Positions 63,314-64,000 of a stretch of 64,000 nt of DNA are shown here, piece after piece. The notes beneath the pieces were generated by a model. It had not been told where the DNA came from. It searched no databases and worked only from the letters and a program-made list of their open reading frames with translations. The stretch's first letter is position 1. Each line of letters opens with the position of its first letter. This stretch comes from Eledone cirrhosa. Lineage: Eukaryota. The stretch is taken from positions 65,038,001 to 65,102,000 of the forward strand of contig OZ024741.1 of the NCBI GenBank assembly GCA_964016885.1, read 5' to 3'. The position numbers were made by a program, and so were the translations under genes.

Positions 63314-64000
63314 CTATAGATAATGTCATGGATCCTCAGTTGCTGTTTGAATTGTAGAGGTGCTGTAGTGATATACATGTTATGGGGCATTTAAACCTGA
63401 CAGAGCTCATCTCTCTCCAGGTTTGAACACAGCTAGTTTCTTCCAGAGAAAGAGACAGTGACAGAGAATAGGTGAGATATAGATATAGAGGAAGAATCTG
63501 GTACTTTATTTATTAGAATGCTGTTGAAGTGTGTATACAATTTTTAGGAACACCCTATATATATATAAATAAGTACACACAATAGCTTAGTGATTTAACT
63601 CTTGATATGAAACTGCCCCCAAAACCCAGCCATGATTTCATGATACAAAACTGTTTTACAGGGTTAATACTTATTCTAAAGAAACCTTTTTTTTTTTAAA
63701 TCTCAATTTTGTTTCTAACATCAGGTTAAGAATGGGAAAATTAGTTATTTTACTACCTCTCGGGAAATTCTTGATTATATTTTAAATTATTTAAAAATCA
63801 TAAGTTGTAAGTTTTATTAGGAATATGGTTATAAAAGGATTAAATATACAAGGCAGAGGCATTTAATATACAGATACTTTACGTACCTGACACACACTGA
63901 CATCCAGACAGCTGTTAAATGTAAAATGATATAATGATATATGTTCAATAAAGCAAACATACGTATATAAATGCACTCACACACACAGACACAGACACAC

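Overview
AT-rich eukaryotic, repeat-saturated, apparently non-coding (intronic or intergenic) DNA. The SINE families, RTE LINEs and extreme (TA)n/(CA)n/(TAGA)n density resemble an octopus/coleoid cephalopod genome (inference). I could not support any host protein-coding exon. Recognisable content: (1) a frame-intact, 5'-truncated Tx1/L1-clade LINE ORF2 running off the left edge; (2) a probably full-length ~4 kb RTE LINE with three single-base frameshifts and no internal stops, plus several RTE 3' fragments; (3) two tRNA-derived SINE families; (4) Tc1/mariner, pogo-like, hAT and piggyBac MITEs and two non-autonomous Helitrons; (5) CRE-like restriction-endonuclease LINE relics; (6) a 2.7 kb 37-bp minisatellite. 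The main signal, invisible in the ORF track, is about 14 short insertions, mostly in (TA)n tracts, from roughly ten unrelated sequence families. They carry complete, degenerate or half minimal type-I hammerhead ribozymes (CUGANGA...GAAA-N-loop-NUH), and most are fold-back palindromes with 60-530 bp arms. One retains the C-terminal codons of a Penelope-like GIY-YIG endonuclease, tying the set to Penelope-like retroelements. All folds and alignments were read by eye; coordinates may be off by a few bases.
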